From Clostridium thermobutyricum (GTDB taxonomy: Bacteria; Bacillota; Clostridia; Ch29), in the NCBI GenBank assembly GCA_016841565.1, contig JAENYX010000007.1:25664-89663 (forward strand): DNA of 64,000 nt, in the 5' to 3' direction. The first letter of the stretch is position 1. The number at the start of each line of letters is the position of its first letter. Shown in pieces: positions 18,996-30,288 of the stretch. The translations under genes and the position numbers were made by a program. The notes beneath the pieces are model-generated. The model was not told where the DNA came from. It ran no database searches and saw only the letters and a program-made list of their open reading frames with translations.

Positions 18996-20996
18996 ATGAA
19001 AAACATGAATTTTTTAAGACTGGTAAAACCCAATTCTGCCATATATCTGTGGAGCGTTTTAGGCCTGACCCTGTCTTTGCTATATTATAACAGACCCCTT
19101 GGACTTTTGGGGGTTGCATTGCTTGTATACCTGGTCTACTACAGCAGATCGGCAACGCACAGCAAGAAGGCCCAGCTTACCGAATATGTGGAGAACCTGT
19201 CCTTCGAGATTGATAATGCCATCAGCAGTACTCTGATACGATTGCCCCTGCCAATGGCAGTTATAGATGAAGAAGGTGCCATTAACTGGTATAATTCTAT
19301 GTTCGCCGATATAATAAAGGCCGGTGACATATTGGGCAGCAACATTAGTGAGCATATAAAGGATATCGATATTGACTTGATAATGCAGCATAAAAAGGAC
19401 ATGGAAATTCAGGTAACAAATGCAGATAGACATTACAGGGTTATCTGTAATATAGTAGAGACAACAGGTTCCAGAGCTCGTAAAAGAAAAATCGGGATGG
19501 TATATTTTATTGACATAACAGACTGTGTGCTGGCTCAGCAAAACATGCGGGAAAAAAGTACGGTTATTGCACTGGTTCAGGTGGACAGTCTGGATGAGAT
19601 TATTGGAGGTACTAATGTGGACAGCAGGCCCCTGCTGATTGCCGAGCTTGATAAAAGGCTGAACAAATGGACCGAGGGCTTAAAGGGAGCTATACAAAAG
19701 TATGATGACAACAGATACATACTGGTATTTGAAAAGAAACGCCTTACACATTTGCAGGAGAGAAAGTTCGATATACTGGATGATATCAGGGATATAAGCG
19801 TTGGGAATCCAATATCTCCAACCCTAAGTATAGGGGTAGGGGTAGACGGTTCGGATCCCGCTCAGCTGGTACAGTTTGCAAATGCCGCCATGGATTTGGC
19901 CCAGGGGAGAGGAGGAGACCAGGCTGTTATTAAGGAAGGGGACAGGTTATATTTTTACGGCGGGAAGACAAAGGAAGTAGAAAAGAAAACCAAACTCAAA
20001 TCCCGTGTAATAGCCCATGCATTAAGACAACTCGTAGTGCAAAGCGGAAACGTAATGATCATGACGCATAAGTTTGCAGATCCCGACTGTTTGGGAGCTG
20101 CCATTGGTATTTACAGGGGGGTTAAATATCTCGGGAAAAGCACTGAAATAGTAATGAACGGGTCCAACCCGTCATTGCAGACCATGTATTCGCAAATTAT
20201 ACAGGACAATGAATACTCCAATCTTTTCATAGACTGCGATAAAGCGCGGAGCACTGTGAGCCAAGAGACCCTTCTGATTATAGTTGATACTCACAGACCA
20301 AGCTATTCCGAATGTCCGGAGATTTTATCAAAGGCAGGCAACGTTGTGGTGATAGACCATCACAGGAGGAGCCCGGATTTTATTGAGGAAGCTGCTTTGG
20401 TCTATCAGGAGACCTATGCATCATCAACCTGTGAATTGGTCACAGAAATTCTTCAATATATCGGACAGGGGATAAAAATCCGTCCCATAGAGGCCCAGGC
20501 ACTTTTAGCCGGAATTGTTATAGATACAAAGAACTTTACCTATAAGACCGGGGTAAGAACCTTTGAAGCAGCTTCGTTTTTAAGGCGTATGGGAGCCGAC
20601 ACAACAGCTGTAAAGCAGCTTTTCCAGTATGATATGGATACCCTTGTTGCCAGGGCAGAAACCGTAAAGAACGCACGGATTATTCATGGCTTTATAGCCA
20701 TATCAATATGTCCGGAGAAGCTAGAATCTCCGCTGTTGGTTACTGCTCAGGCTGCTGATGCTCTTCTTGATATTCAGGGGATTAGAGCTGCTTTCGTGCT
20801 TTGCAGGTATAATCAAAGTATATTTATAAGCGGCAGGTCACTGGGAGAAATCAATGTACAGCTGATAATGGAGAGGCTTGGAGGAGGGGGACATCTAACG
20901 GTAGCGGGTGTGCAGCTGAAGGAAATGGAGCTTGATCAGGCCTTGCAGTTGCTGGAAGAGACTCTAAATCAATATATAGAGGAAGGTGATGTGTAA
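18996..20996 (+). CDS. gdpP: Cyclic-di-AMP phosphodiesterase GdpP (DHH/DHHA1 family with membrane anchor, PAS and degenerate GGDEF)
   Basis: The 666-aa ORF has two N-terminal TM helices and DHH-domain motifs ([13 protein letters not shown]). It is followed by rplI with a TAATG overlap. Confidence 0.85.
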   Translation: MKNMNFLRLVKPNSAIYLWSVLGLTLSLLYYNRPLGLLGVALLVYLVYYSRSATHSKKAQLTEYVENLSFEIDNAISSTLIRLPLPMAVIDEEGAINWYNSMFADIIKAGDILGSNISEHIKDIDIDLIMQHKKDMEIQVTNADRHYRVICNIVETTGSRARKRKIGMVYFIDITDCVLAQQNMREKSTVIALVQVDSLDEIIGGTNVDSRPLLIAELDKRLNKWTEGLKGAIQKYDDNRYILVFEKKRLTHLQERKFDILDDIRDISVGNPISPTLSIGVGVDGSDPAQLVQFANAAMDLAQGRGGDQAVIKEGDRLYFYGGKTKEVEKKTKLKSRVIAHALRQLVVQSGNVMIMTHKFADPDCLGAAIGIYRGVKYLGKSTEIVMNGSNPSLQTMYSQIIQDNEYSNLFIDCDKARSTVSQETLLIIVDTHRPSYSECPEILSKAGNVVVIDHHRRSPDFIEEAALVYQETYASSTCELVTEILQYIGQGIKIRPIEAQALLAGIVIDTKNFTYKTGVRTFEAASFLRRMGADTTAVKQLFQYDMDTLVARAETVKNARIIHGFIAISICPEKLESPLLVTAQAADALLDIQGIRAAFVLCRYNQSIFISGRSLGEINVQLIMERLGGGGHLTVAGVQLKEMELDQALQLLEETLNQYIEEGDV

Positions 20997-21442
20997 TGGA
21001 AGTTATACTTCTGAAGGATGTAAAAGGGCAGGGCAAAAAGGGGGAGGTAATAAAGGTCAGCGACGGGTATGCCAGGAACTTTTTACTGCCCAAGGGTTAT
21101 GCAATGGAAGCAACCGAGGGGGGCAAAAAAAGAATTAAAGAACAGAATGCCTTGTTGCAAAAGAAAAGACAGACCGAAGAAGGAATTGCCAGAAAGCAGG
21201 CAGAGAAAATTTCAGCCTTAAAGGTAGAGTTTAAAGTTAAATCGGGCGAAAATGGCAAGCTTTTCGGTTCGGTTACAGGCAAAGACATTTCCGAAGCATT
21301 GAAAAAACAACACGGAATAGCAGTGGATAAGAAAAAAATAGTTTTATCCGACCCCATAAGGAATATAGGCGAATTTCAAGTTGAAATAAAGGTGTATCCC
21401 GATGTTTCAGCCCAATTGGCTGTTGTGATAAAAGGAGAATAG
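20996..21442 (+). CDS. rplI: 50S ribosomal protein L9
   Basis: [34 protein letters not shown] is a canonical L9 N-terminus. Confidence 0.95.
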   Translation: MEVILLKDVKGQGKKGEVIKVSDGYARNFLLPKGYAMEATEGGKKRIKEQNALLQKKRQTEEGIARKQAEKISALKVEFKVKSGENGKLFGSVTGKDISEALKKQHGIAVDKKKIVLSDPIRNIGEFQVEIKVYPDVSAQLAVVIKGE

Positions 21443-21460
21443 GAAAAGGGGAGTTCATAA

Positions 21461-23365
21461 TTGGAGGAAAACGCAGAAAAGTACATAGCAAGGTCAGCCA
21501 ATTCAAAGTATAAGACCGATATCAAAATGCTCGAAAGACAGGTCATGGTTCTGAAGGAGATGCTGCTGGACAGCATGGGAACAAAGGCCTACAACGAAAG
21601 TGTCAGGGAACTGGAGTTGGAGGAGCTTTTACAGGGAGACGATGTCTCCCTGAGAATTTATGCTTTGCAAAAAATGGTTTTTGGTCCGGAGGTGTGTCCT
21701 CCCAAGCCAATGGAATGTCTAGCTGTGGTAAAAGAGCTGCGTACCAGAATTACAGACATGCTGGCAGAAAGGGTGGTTAAGGAGAGAATAAACAAGGAAC
21801 TCAAGGATAAAATTCAGGAGCGTCAGGACCAGTATATGGAAGAGTTAAAACTGGCCATACTAAAAAAACACTCGGGACCGGAGAACCCTTCTACTCTTAA
21901 AAAATATGCCAGACTTCAGAAACTGGAGGAAAAGAGTCTCGGCAAGTCTATGATGGAGGTTTTAAGGCCATCGTCAATTGACGAAATAGTAGGCCAGCAG
22001 CGCGCCATTAAGGCATTGCTGGCCAAGATCGGTTCGCCCTATCCCCAACATGTATTAGTATATGGGCCTCCCGGTGTTGGCAAGACATCAGCGGCTCGAT
22101 TGGCTCTAAAGGTGGCTCAGACAAAGGAGTATTCCCCCTTTAGCGGGGATTCCAATTTTATTGAGGTTGACGGAACCACCCTGAGATGGGATGCCAGGGA
22201 AATAGCCAATCCTCTGTTAGGCTCGGTACACGATCCCATATACCAGGGAAGCAACAGAGAGCTTTCTGAGACCGGTATCCCCGAGCCAAAGGTGGGGCTT
22301 GTGACTCAAGCCCACGGCGGGATATTGTTTATTGATGAAATCGGAGAAATGGACCCGGTTCTCCAAAACAAGCTGCTAAAAGTTCTTGAGGACAAACGGG
22401 TAAGCTTCGAATCCATATATTATGATTCCTCAAACAAAAACATTCCATTGTATGTACGAAAGCTGTTTGAAGAGGGTGCACCGGCCGATTTCATTCTTAT
22501 AGGGGCCACCACCAGACAGCCGGATAGTATTAACCCTGCATTCCGTTCCAGGTGTACCGAGGTTTTCTTTGAGCCCCTGACCCCCGCGGATATAGTAATG
22601 ATAATTAATAATGCTGTTAATAAACTGGGGGTGCAGATTGAAAAGGGTTGCGCAGAGATTATTAGTCAGTATACAATAGAAGGGCGGAAGGCTGTCAGTA
22701 TTTTGTCGGATGCGTATAATATAGCAATTACCGATCAGGATTGTGACCCTGAAAGAGTGCATATAAGCTGCAATGACATATATACCGTGATACAAAACAG
22801 TCGGCTTGCTCCCTGTGTAAGAGTAACCGATAAAATACATTCCAGGGTGGGCAGAGTATTGGCTCTGGGAGTAGCGGGGTATATAGGCTCGGTTCTGGAA
22901 ATTGAAGCAATCTCCTTTGCGGCACTTAAGAAGGGGGAAGGGACCATCAGGATTAACGACACCGCCGGCTCAATGACAAGGGATTCGGTGTTTAATGCTG
23001 CAGCAGTTATAAGAAAAATCTCCGGGGAAATCGTAAGCGATTATGATGTACATGTAAACTGCATTGGAGGAGGAAGGGTGGACGGACCTTCAGCGGGAAC
23101 AGCCATATTGGCAGCCCTTTCCAGTGCCATCAAACAGAAACCGGTAAGACAGGATATTGCAGTAACAGGCGAGATTTCCATACAGGGTGAAGTAAAGCCT
23201 GTAGGAGGAATCATAGAGAAAATATACGGGGCAAAACAGAATGATATGACGGGAGTAATAATTCCAGCTAAAAACTTTAATGAAGTGCCCAAAGACATAT
23301 CAGGGATTGAAATATATGCAGTAGAGAGGGCAGAAGAGGTGCTGGAAATACTCTTTTCCGAATAA
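21461..23365 (+). CDS. Lon-family ATP-dependent protease lacking the canonical Lon N-domain (LonC-like, endospore-former paralogue)
   Basis: The protein has an AAA+ Walker A (GPPGVGKTS), Walker B (ILFIDEIGE) and a C-terminal S16 proteolytic domain (DGPSAG..., with K in VTGEISIQGEVKPVGG). Its N-terminal 180 aa are coiled-coil rather than a Lon N-domain. The TTG start is preceded by AAAAGGGGAG. Confidence 0.75.
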   Translation: MEENAEKYIARSANSKYKTDIKMLERQVMVLKEMLLDSMGTKAYNESVRELELEELLQGDDVSLRIYALQKMVFGPEVCPPKPMECLAVVKELRTRITDMLAERVVKERINKELKDKIQERQDQYMEELKLAILKKHSGPENPSTLKKYARLQKLEEKSLGKSMMEVLRPSSIDEIVGQQRAIKALLAKIGSPYPQHVLVYGPPGVGKTSAARLALKVAQTKEYSPFSGDSNFIEVDGTTLRWDAREIANPLLGSVHDPIYQGSNRELSETGIPEPKVGLVTQAHGGILFIDEIGEMDPVLQNKLLKVLEDKRVSFESIYYDSSNKNIPLYVRKLFEEGAPADFILIGATTRQPDSINPAFRSRCTEVFFEPLTPADIVMIINNAVNKLGVQIEKGCAEIISQYTIEGRKAVSILSDAYNIAITDQDCDPERVHISCNDIYTVIQNSRLAPCVRVTDKIHSRVGRVLALGVAGYIGSVLEIEAISFAALKKGEGTIRINDTAGSMTRDSVFNAAAVIRKISGEIVSDYDVHVNCIGGGRVDGPSAGTAILAALSSAIKQKPVRQDIAVTGEISIQGEVKPVGGIIEKIYGAKQNDMTGVIIPAKNFNEVPKDISGIEIYAVERAEEVLEILFSE

Positions 23366-23380
23366 ACAGGTGGTGATAGC

Positions 23381-24715
23381 ATGCAGTCCATAGGTAAAAT
23401 TCCTCCCCACAGCATTGAAGCCGAACAGTCGGTACTGGGAGCCATTCTGCTTGACAGGGAAGCCATAATAACCGCTTCGGAGTATATTAAGCCGGAGGAC
23501 TTTTATAAAGATATCCACAGGGAAATCTATGAGGCTGTGATGGAACTTTTTGAAAAGGGAGAACCGGTAGACATTGTAACCCTTTCAGAGCAATTAAGGC
23601 AGAGAAATACCCTGGACGGGGTTGGAGGAGTGGCTTTTCTTGCCGATATGTCCTCCAGCGTTCCCACGGTAGCAAATGTAGCACATTATGCAAAGATTAT
23701 ACAGGAAAAATCCCTTTTGAGGAAACTGATAAGAGCCTGCGGAGAAATATCAGACATGAGCTTTGAGGCTGCCGAGGAAGCAGCTGAAATAATTGAGTAT
23801 GCCGAGAAAGGAATATTCGACATTTCGCAGAAGAGGACTTCCAAAGGTTTTATTGCCCTCAAAGAAATATTGGTTTCCAGCTTTAATAAGATAGAAGAAT
23901 TGTATAATACCAAAGGTAAAATAACAGGGATTCCCACAGGCTTTTCGGATATCGACAGCAAGACCTCCGGGCTGCAAAAAAGCGATTTGATACTGGTGGC
24001 GGCAAGGCCTTCAATGGGTAAAACTGCTTTTGCATTGAATATTGCCCAGCATGCCGCACTTAATGCTCAAATACCTGTGGCCATTTTCAGTCTTGAGATG
24101 TCAAAGGGGCAGCTGGTAAACCGAATGATTTGTGCCGAGGCCAACATTGACAGTCACAGGCTGAGAACAGGAAACCTTATGGAAGATGACTGGCCCAAGC
24201 TGGCAAGCTCGGTGAGCAGACTTTCCTCAGCCAATATATACATAGACGATACGCCGGGCATAACGGTTGCCGAAATGCGGTCCAAATGCAGAAGATTAAA
24301 GCTTGAAAGAGGATTGGAATTAATCCTGATAGACTATCTGCAGTTAATGCAGGGAAGTGGCAGGGTCGAAAGCAGGCAGCAGGAAATTTCAGAAATTTCC
24401 AGGTCACTAAAAGCTCTTGCCAGGGAAATGGATTGTCCTGTTTTGGCCATGTCGCAGCTCAGCAGAGCGCCCGAAATGCGTTCGGAGCATAAACCAATGC
24501 TATCAGACTTAAGAGAGTCAGGGGCTATAGAGCAGGATGCCGATGTAGTCATGTTTCTCTACAGGGATGAATACTATCATGCCGATACTGAAAAAAAGGG
24601 GATTGCCGAGATTATTTTAGCCAAACAAAGGAATGGTCCAACCGGTACCGTAGAATTGGTTTGGCTGGATAAATTTACAAAGTTCGCAGATATGGCGAAA
24701 TATAAGGAAGGATAG
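23381..24715 (+). CDS. dnaB: Replicative DNA helicase DnaB (DnaC in B. subtilis nomenclature)
   Basis: The N-terminus IPPHSIEAEQSVLGAILLD, a RecA-like domain with Walker A GARPSMGKT and the standard helicase motifs are all present. Confidence 0.95.
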   Translation: MQSIGKIPPHSIEAEQSVLGAILLDREAIITASEYIKPEDFYKDIHREIYEAVMELFEKGEPVDIVTLSEQLRQRNTLDGVGGVAFLADMSSSVPTVANVAHYAKIIQEKSLLRKLIRACGEISDMSFEAAEEAAEIIEYAEKGIFDISQKRTSKGFIALKEILVSSFNKIEELYNTKGKITGIPTGFSDIDSKTSGLQKSDLILVAARPSMGKTAFALNIAQHAALNAQIPVAIFSLEMSKGQLVNRMICAEANIDSHRLRTGNLMEDDWPKLASSVSRLSSANIYIDDTPGITVAEMRSKCRRLKLERGLELILIDYLQLMQGSGRVESRQQEISEISRSLKALAREMDCPVLAMSQLSRAPEMRSEHKPMLSDLRESGAIEQDADVVMFLYRDEYYHADTEKKGIAEIILAKQRNGPTGTVELVWLDKFTKFADMAKYKEG

Positions 24716-24746
24716 CCGAATAAGAATGTGTGTTTGTGCATATCTC

Positions 24747-24783
24747 TGTGGATAGTGTGGATAAATGTGAATAGTTATACACA
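24747..24783. promoter_or_regulatory. Cluster of four contiguous DnaA-box-like 9-mers
   Basis: The array reads TGTGGATAG, then a perfect TGTGGATAA (reverse complement of TTATCCACA), then TGTGAATAG, then TTATACACA in the opposite orientation. It is packed into 37 bp in the dnaB to DUF1858 intergenic region. Confidence 0.55.
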
Positions 24784-24898
24784 GGTTGTTGATATCAAGA
24801 TACAAAAGCAATAACACCATTATTGTATTGAATAGTAAAACAGATAAGTAATATAATGAATATTGGCTATGCTATATAATGAAAAGGAGGTAGTATAA

Positions 24899-25105
24899 AT
24901 GTCGGAAAAAGTCACTAAGGATATGACCATTGCTCAGGTTCTTATGATGGATAGAGGGACGGCTTCAATATTTATGAAGCATGGGATGCACTGCATCGGC
25001 TGTCCTGCTTCTTCAGGCGAGAGCATTGAGGATGCCAGTGCCGTGCACGGCATTAACGCAGACAATTTATTAGAGGATTTAAACAAGTATTTTGCAGAAA
25101 AATAA
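24899..25105 (+). CDS. DUF1858 domain protein (small redox-disulfide protein)
   Basis: A 68-aa ORF with a CIGC motif (MHCIGCPASSGESIEDA) and an AAAGGAGG RBS. Confidence 0.6.
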   Translation: MSEKVTKDMTIAQVLMMDRGTASIFMKHGMHCIGCPASSGESIEDASAVHGINADNLLEDLNKYFAEK

Positions 25106-25125
25106 AACGGCCTCGGGGCTGTTTT
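25104..25125 (+). terminator. Rho-independent terminator after the DUF1858 gene
   Basis: AAAACGGCC-tcgg-GGCTGTTTT, a 9-bp stem with one G-U pair, followed by ATTTTTCT. Confidence 0.6.
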
Positions 25126-25235
25126 ATTTTTCTGCCTATAATCCTTACTTGGCCGGATACCTTTTATTTGACTGCAACCATGTACTCTGGTACTATAACA
25201 TGGGATTTTGTTTTCAGAAAGGAAGTTGCCGAGAG

Positions 25236-26636
25236 ATGACTCTTAAGGATAAATATGATGTTATCATTGTCGGGTCGGGGCCGGCGGGGATTTTTACGGC
25301 TTTGGAACTTATAGAACGCGGGAATTCCGATATACTAATGCTGGATAAGGGCAGAAGGATAAGTACCCGGAGCTGCCCCGCACGTAAGGGAGAATGTATG
25401 AACTGCCAGCCCTGTTCAATTGTAACCGGGTGGGCCGGAGCCGGAGCTTTTAGTGACGGTAAGCTTTCGTTAAGCCCTGAAGTTGGAGGTAACATAACAG
25501 ACTATATATCGGCTGATCAGGCAGAGGAATTAATAGAATATGCAGATGAAATTTACCTCAGATTCGGTGCCGGGTCGGAGGTGCACGGGCTTAACGAAAA
25601 AAGGATAGAAGAATTGATGTACGAGGCATCAAAGTACGGGATTAAGCTGGTCCCGTGTCCGGTACGTCATCTGGGTACCGACAGGGCCTTTGACGTGCTC
25701 AAGGCAATGTATGACTATTTAATGGAAAGAGGAGTTGAATTCCAGGAGCTAACGACAGCCGAGGATATTCTAATTTCCGGGGATAAGGTTACCGGAGTAA
25801 GGATAAGACAAAAAAACAGCTCTGCAAAGGAATTATGGGCAAATCATGTAGTTGTGGCTCCAGGAAGAGGCGGAGCCCAATGGCTGTCCGAGCAGGCGGC
25901 TAAATTAAAGATTGCTGCAAGAAACAATGCGGTGGATATAGGGGTCAGGGTGGAAGTTCCAAATTCCATCATGGATCATCTTACCCGGGATCTTTACGAA
26001 GCAAAGCTGATATATTATTCGGATACCTTTGAAAACAAAGCAAGGACCTTTTGCATGAATCCGGGGGGAATAGTTTCAGAGGAACACTATGAGGAAGGTC
26101 TTGTGGTAGTGAACGGCCACAGCTATTCCGATCCCGGGTTACGGACAGGCAACACCAATTTTGCTTTGTTGGTTTCCACCACATTTACCGAACCCTTTAA
26201 CCAGCCTATTGAATATGGGAAATATATTGCAAAGCTTGCAAATATGCTGACGGGCGGAGGTATTATGGTTCAAAGGCTGGGGGACTTGTTAAAGGGAAGA
26301 AGGACCAGTCCCGAAAGGCTCAGAAAGTCAACCACCATACCCACCCTGAAAAGTGCCGTTCCGGGGGATTTGAGCTTTGTTCTTCCCGACAGGCACCTGA
26401 CATCCATAGTGGAGGCTCTCCAGGCTTTTGATAAACTGGCGCCCAACCTTTATTCCAGAAACACGCTGCTGTACGGGTGTGAGGTCAAGTTTTACAGCAG
26501 CAAGGTAGATGTTGACAATAGATTCCAGACCAGGATTAAGAATCTTTATACCATAGGGGATGGGGCGGGTATAACAAGGGGTTTGATGCAGGCTTCGGTA
26601 ACGGGAATAATTGTTGCAAGGGAAATAACGGGCTGA
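25236..26636 (+). CDS. FAD-dependent oxidoreductase (COG2509-like, Rossmann GxGxxG plus Cys-rich insert)
   Basis: The dinucleotide-binding motif KYDVIIVGSGPAGIFTALEL is present, along with a CPARKGECMNCQPC cysteine cluster. The start was chosen at MTLKDKYDV, downstream of the terminator. Confidence 0.7.
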   Translation: MTLKDKYDVIIVGSGPAGIFTALELIERGNSDILMLDKGRRISTRSCPARKGECMNCQPCSIVTGWAGAGAFSDGKLSLSPEVGGNITDYISADQAEELIEYADEIYLRFGAGSEVHGLNEKRIEELMYEASKYGIKLVPCPVRHLGTDRAFDVLKAMYDYLMERGVEFQELTTAEDILISGDKVTGVRIRQKNSSAKELWANHVVVAPGRGGAQWLSEQAAKLKIAARNNAVDIGVRVEVPNSIMDHLTRDLYEAKLIYYSDTFENKARTFCMNPGGIVSEEHYEEGLVVVNGHSYSDPGLRTGNTNFALLVSTTFTEPFNQPIEYGKYIAKLANMLTGGGIMVQRLGDLLKGRRTSPERLRKSTTIPTLKSAVPGDLSFVLPDRHLTSIVEALQAFDKLAPNLYSRNTLLYGCEVKFYSSKVDVDNRFQTRIKNLYTIGDGAGITRGLMQASVTGIIVAREITG

Positions 26637-26699
26637 CGCAATTTTGCAGGAACTGTCGCTTGAGAAATAGCTCGATAAGCATAAGAAGGTGTATATTGA

Positions 26700-28097
26700 A
26701 TGGAAGGCAGACAGGGAGGCTACGACTTAACAAAGGGGAGCATGCTGCGGCATGTGATTTCCTTTTCTATACCCATGCTTTTGGGTAATATGCTGCAGGC
26801 ACTATACAATACTGTGGACAGTATATGGGTAGGAAGATTTCTGGGCCCCGAAGCCCTTGGGGCGGTATCGGTCAGTTTTCCCATAATCTTTGTTCTGGTA
26901 TCGTTGATTATAGGCATAACCATGGGAGCAACCGTATTGGTAGCACAGTACATGGGAGCGAAACAGACCGATATGGTTAAAAGGACCATTAACAATACCT
27001 TTGTACTGCTTACAGTTTCTGCGATAGCTGTGACTGTGCTGGGGATTGTCTTTAACAAAGATATTCTGAGACTTATTAATACTCCGGGGGAAATAATGGC
27101 TATGGCGGCCAGCTACCTTAATATATTTTTAATGGGTCTTGTATTTATGTTTGGCTATAATGCGGTAAGCGCCATACTGAGAGGGCTGGGCGATTCCAAA
27201 ACTCCGCTTAAATTCCTGGCCATATCCACAGCAATTAACATTATTCTTGACCCTCTGCTAATCCTTGGAATTGGCCCTTTTCCCAGAATGGAAATAGCAG
27301 GGGCGGCCCTGGCCACTACCATTGCCCAGGGTATATCTTTCTTTATTGCTATAGTATACCTAAACAAAAGAGATCACCTACTGAGCGTCAATTTAAGGAA
27401 TTTTGTGTTTGACAGGGAGATTACAATAAAAACGGTGAAAATCGGTATACCGTCCGGCGTACAGATGTCGGTGGTTTCGGTAGGTATGCTGGTGGTCAGT
27501 TCGTTGATAAATTCCTTTGGAACCGATATAGTTGCAACCTTTGGTATGACCTCAAGACTGGATCAGTTCGCCATTATGCCTTCACAGTCCATTTCCATGG
27601 CGACATCGGCAATAGCCGGTCAGAATATAGGTGCAAATAAGGAGGAAAATGTCAGGGAAACGGTAAAATGGGCTACCATATTGGCGGTAGGCATTTCAAT
27701 TGTACTGACATTGATTGCCCAACTGGCACCAAGGACAATACTGGGATTATTTACGTCCGACTATGTGGTGCTTGAGCGGGCAGAATATGCCCTGAGAATT
27801 ATGAGCCTGTCCTATATCTTCTCTGCAATCATGTTTGTAACCAACGGATTTTTGAGAGGTGCAGGGGATACAATGGCGACAATGGTTCTTTCCATAACCT
27901 CTCTCTGGTTAATAAGGCTTCCCCTGGCAAGGATTTTGTCAGGCATAGACCGGTTTGGGGCCAATGGTATTTGGATAGCTATAGTTATCAGCACTGTTAT
28001 AAGCATGATGATGAGCAGGGTATATTATGCATCAGGCAGATGGAAAAGCAAAAAAATAGCCCGGCATTCATCGGATGATTTCCAGCCAGAATCCTAG
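26700..28097 (+). CDS. MATE-family efflux transporter
   Basis: Twelve TM helices and the MATE N-terminal signature (DLTKGSMLRHVISFSIPMLLGNMLQALYNTVDSIWVGRFLG) are present. Confidence 0.85.
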   Translation: MEGRQGGYDLTKGSMLRHVISFSIPMLLGNMLQALYNTVDSIWVGRFLGPEALGAVSVSFPIIFVLVSLIIGITMGATVLVAQYMGAKQTDMVKRTINNTFVLLTVSAIAVTVLGIVFNKDILRLINTPGEIMAMAASYLNIFLMGLVFMFGYNAVSAILRGLGDSKTPLKFLAISTAINIILDPLLILGIGPFPRMEIAGAALATTIAQGISFFIAIVYLNKRDHLLSVNLRNFVFDREITIKTVKIGIPSGVQMSVVSVGMLVVSSLINSFGTDIVATFGMTSRLDQFAIMPSQSISMATSAIAGQNIGANKEENVRETVKWATILAVGISIVLTLIAQLAPRTILGLFTSDYVVLERAEYALRIMSLSYIFSAIMFVTNGFLRGAGDTMATMVLSITSLWLIRLPLARILSGIDRFGANGIWIAIVISTVISMMMSRVYYASGRWKSKKIARHSSDDFQPES

Positions 28098-28208
28098 CCC
28101 TGGCGGTAACAGCCGCTCATCCGCCTTTTTAGCCAGAGGCTTATTGAATGAATATAATACCCCGGAATATTTTCTTGTTTCCCAATGAAAACTAACAACA
28201 GCTTTTAA

Positions 28209-29564
<1,356 letters not shown>

Positions 29565-29620
29565 TACCCAAAGGCCGGGCCATTAGGATATATTACCGGG
29601 TTAATAATAAGGCGGGCATA

Positions 29621-29649
29621 TTGACAACGGGGGTGTTTTGGTTTAATAT
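29621..29649 (+). promoter_or_regulatory. Sigma-A type promoter of the tRNA operon
   Basis: TTGACA, a 17-nt spacer and TAATAT, about 15 nt upstream of tRNA-Lys. Confidence 0.5.
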
Positions 29650-29664
29650 AGTCTGGTAACACCT

Positions 29665-29740
29665 GACTCATTAGCTCAGTTGGTAGAGCACCTGACTCTT
29701 AATCAGGGTGTCCAGGGTTCGAGTCCCTGATGGGTCACCA
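29665..29740 (+). tRNA. tRNA-Lys (anticodon CTT), CCA encoded
   Basis: The sequence folds as a cloverleaf with acceptor GACTCAT/ATGGGTC, anticodon loop CTCTTAA and T-loop GGTTCGAGTCC. Confidence 0.9.
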
Positions 29741-29745
29741 CATGC

Positions 29746-29823
29746 GGCCCGGTAGTTCAGATTGGTTAGAATGCCAGCCTGTCACGCTGGAGGTCGAGGG
29801 TTCGAGCCCCTTCCGGGTCGCCA
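29746..29823 (+). tRNA. tRNA-Asp (anticodon GTC), CCA encoded
   Basis: The anticodon arm is GCCAGCC-TGTCACG-CTGG and the T-loop is GGTTCGAGCCC. The sequence is close to the Bacillus tRNA-Asp. Confidence 0.85.
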
Positions 29824-29926
29824 GACAAGAAGTGCGAAGTGTGAAGATAGAGGTGAGAATACGGGTAATGCTTAATAGCAATACTTAAATCCCACATCTC
29901 TCATCTCGCCTCCCACTTCCCATAAT

Positions 29927-30002
29927 GCTGGTGTAGCTCAATCGGCAGAGCAGCTGATTTGTAATCAGCAGGTTGCGGGTTCAAGTCCCATCACCAGCTC
30001 CA
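29927..30002 (+). tRNA. tRNA-Thr (anticodon TGT), CCA encoded
   Basis: The acceptor is GCTGGTG/CACCAGC, the anticodon loop TTTGTAA and the T-loop GGTTCAAGTCC. Confidence 0.9.
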
Positions 30003-30012
30003 TCCATAAAAT

Positions 30013-30045
30013 AAGCCTTTACATTAATGTAAAGGCTTATTTATA
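30013..30045. terminator. Terminator after the tRNA operon, also positioned downstream of the convergent dnaI-like gene
   Basis: AAGCCTTTACAT-ta-ATGTAAAGGCTT is a 12-bp perfect inverted repeat followed by ATTTATAT. Confidence 0.7.
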
Positions 30046-30288
30046 TACAGCGCATTAATAATATTACATTTCTTTACCTGCCATTTAAGAGGACGGAGCC
30101 CGAAGAATCCGACTTGAAGATGGACATAAGATCCTTCGCTTGGCTCAGGATGACAAGCGTTACGCTCAGGATGGCACATGAGGAGATGTAAAGCCTTAAG
30201 CACGTTATATATAGTTGCATTAAGAACCGGCATTTGATTAAATAAAAATAATATATTTGTCCAAAAGCAATAAATTAATGTTTGGTTC

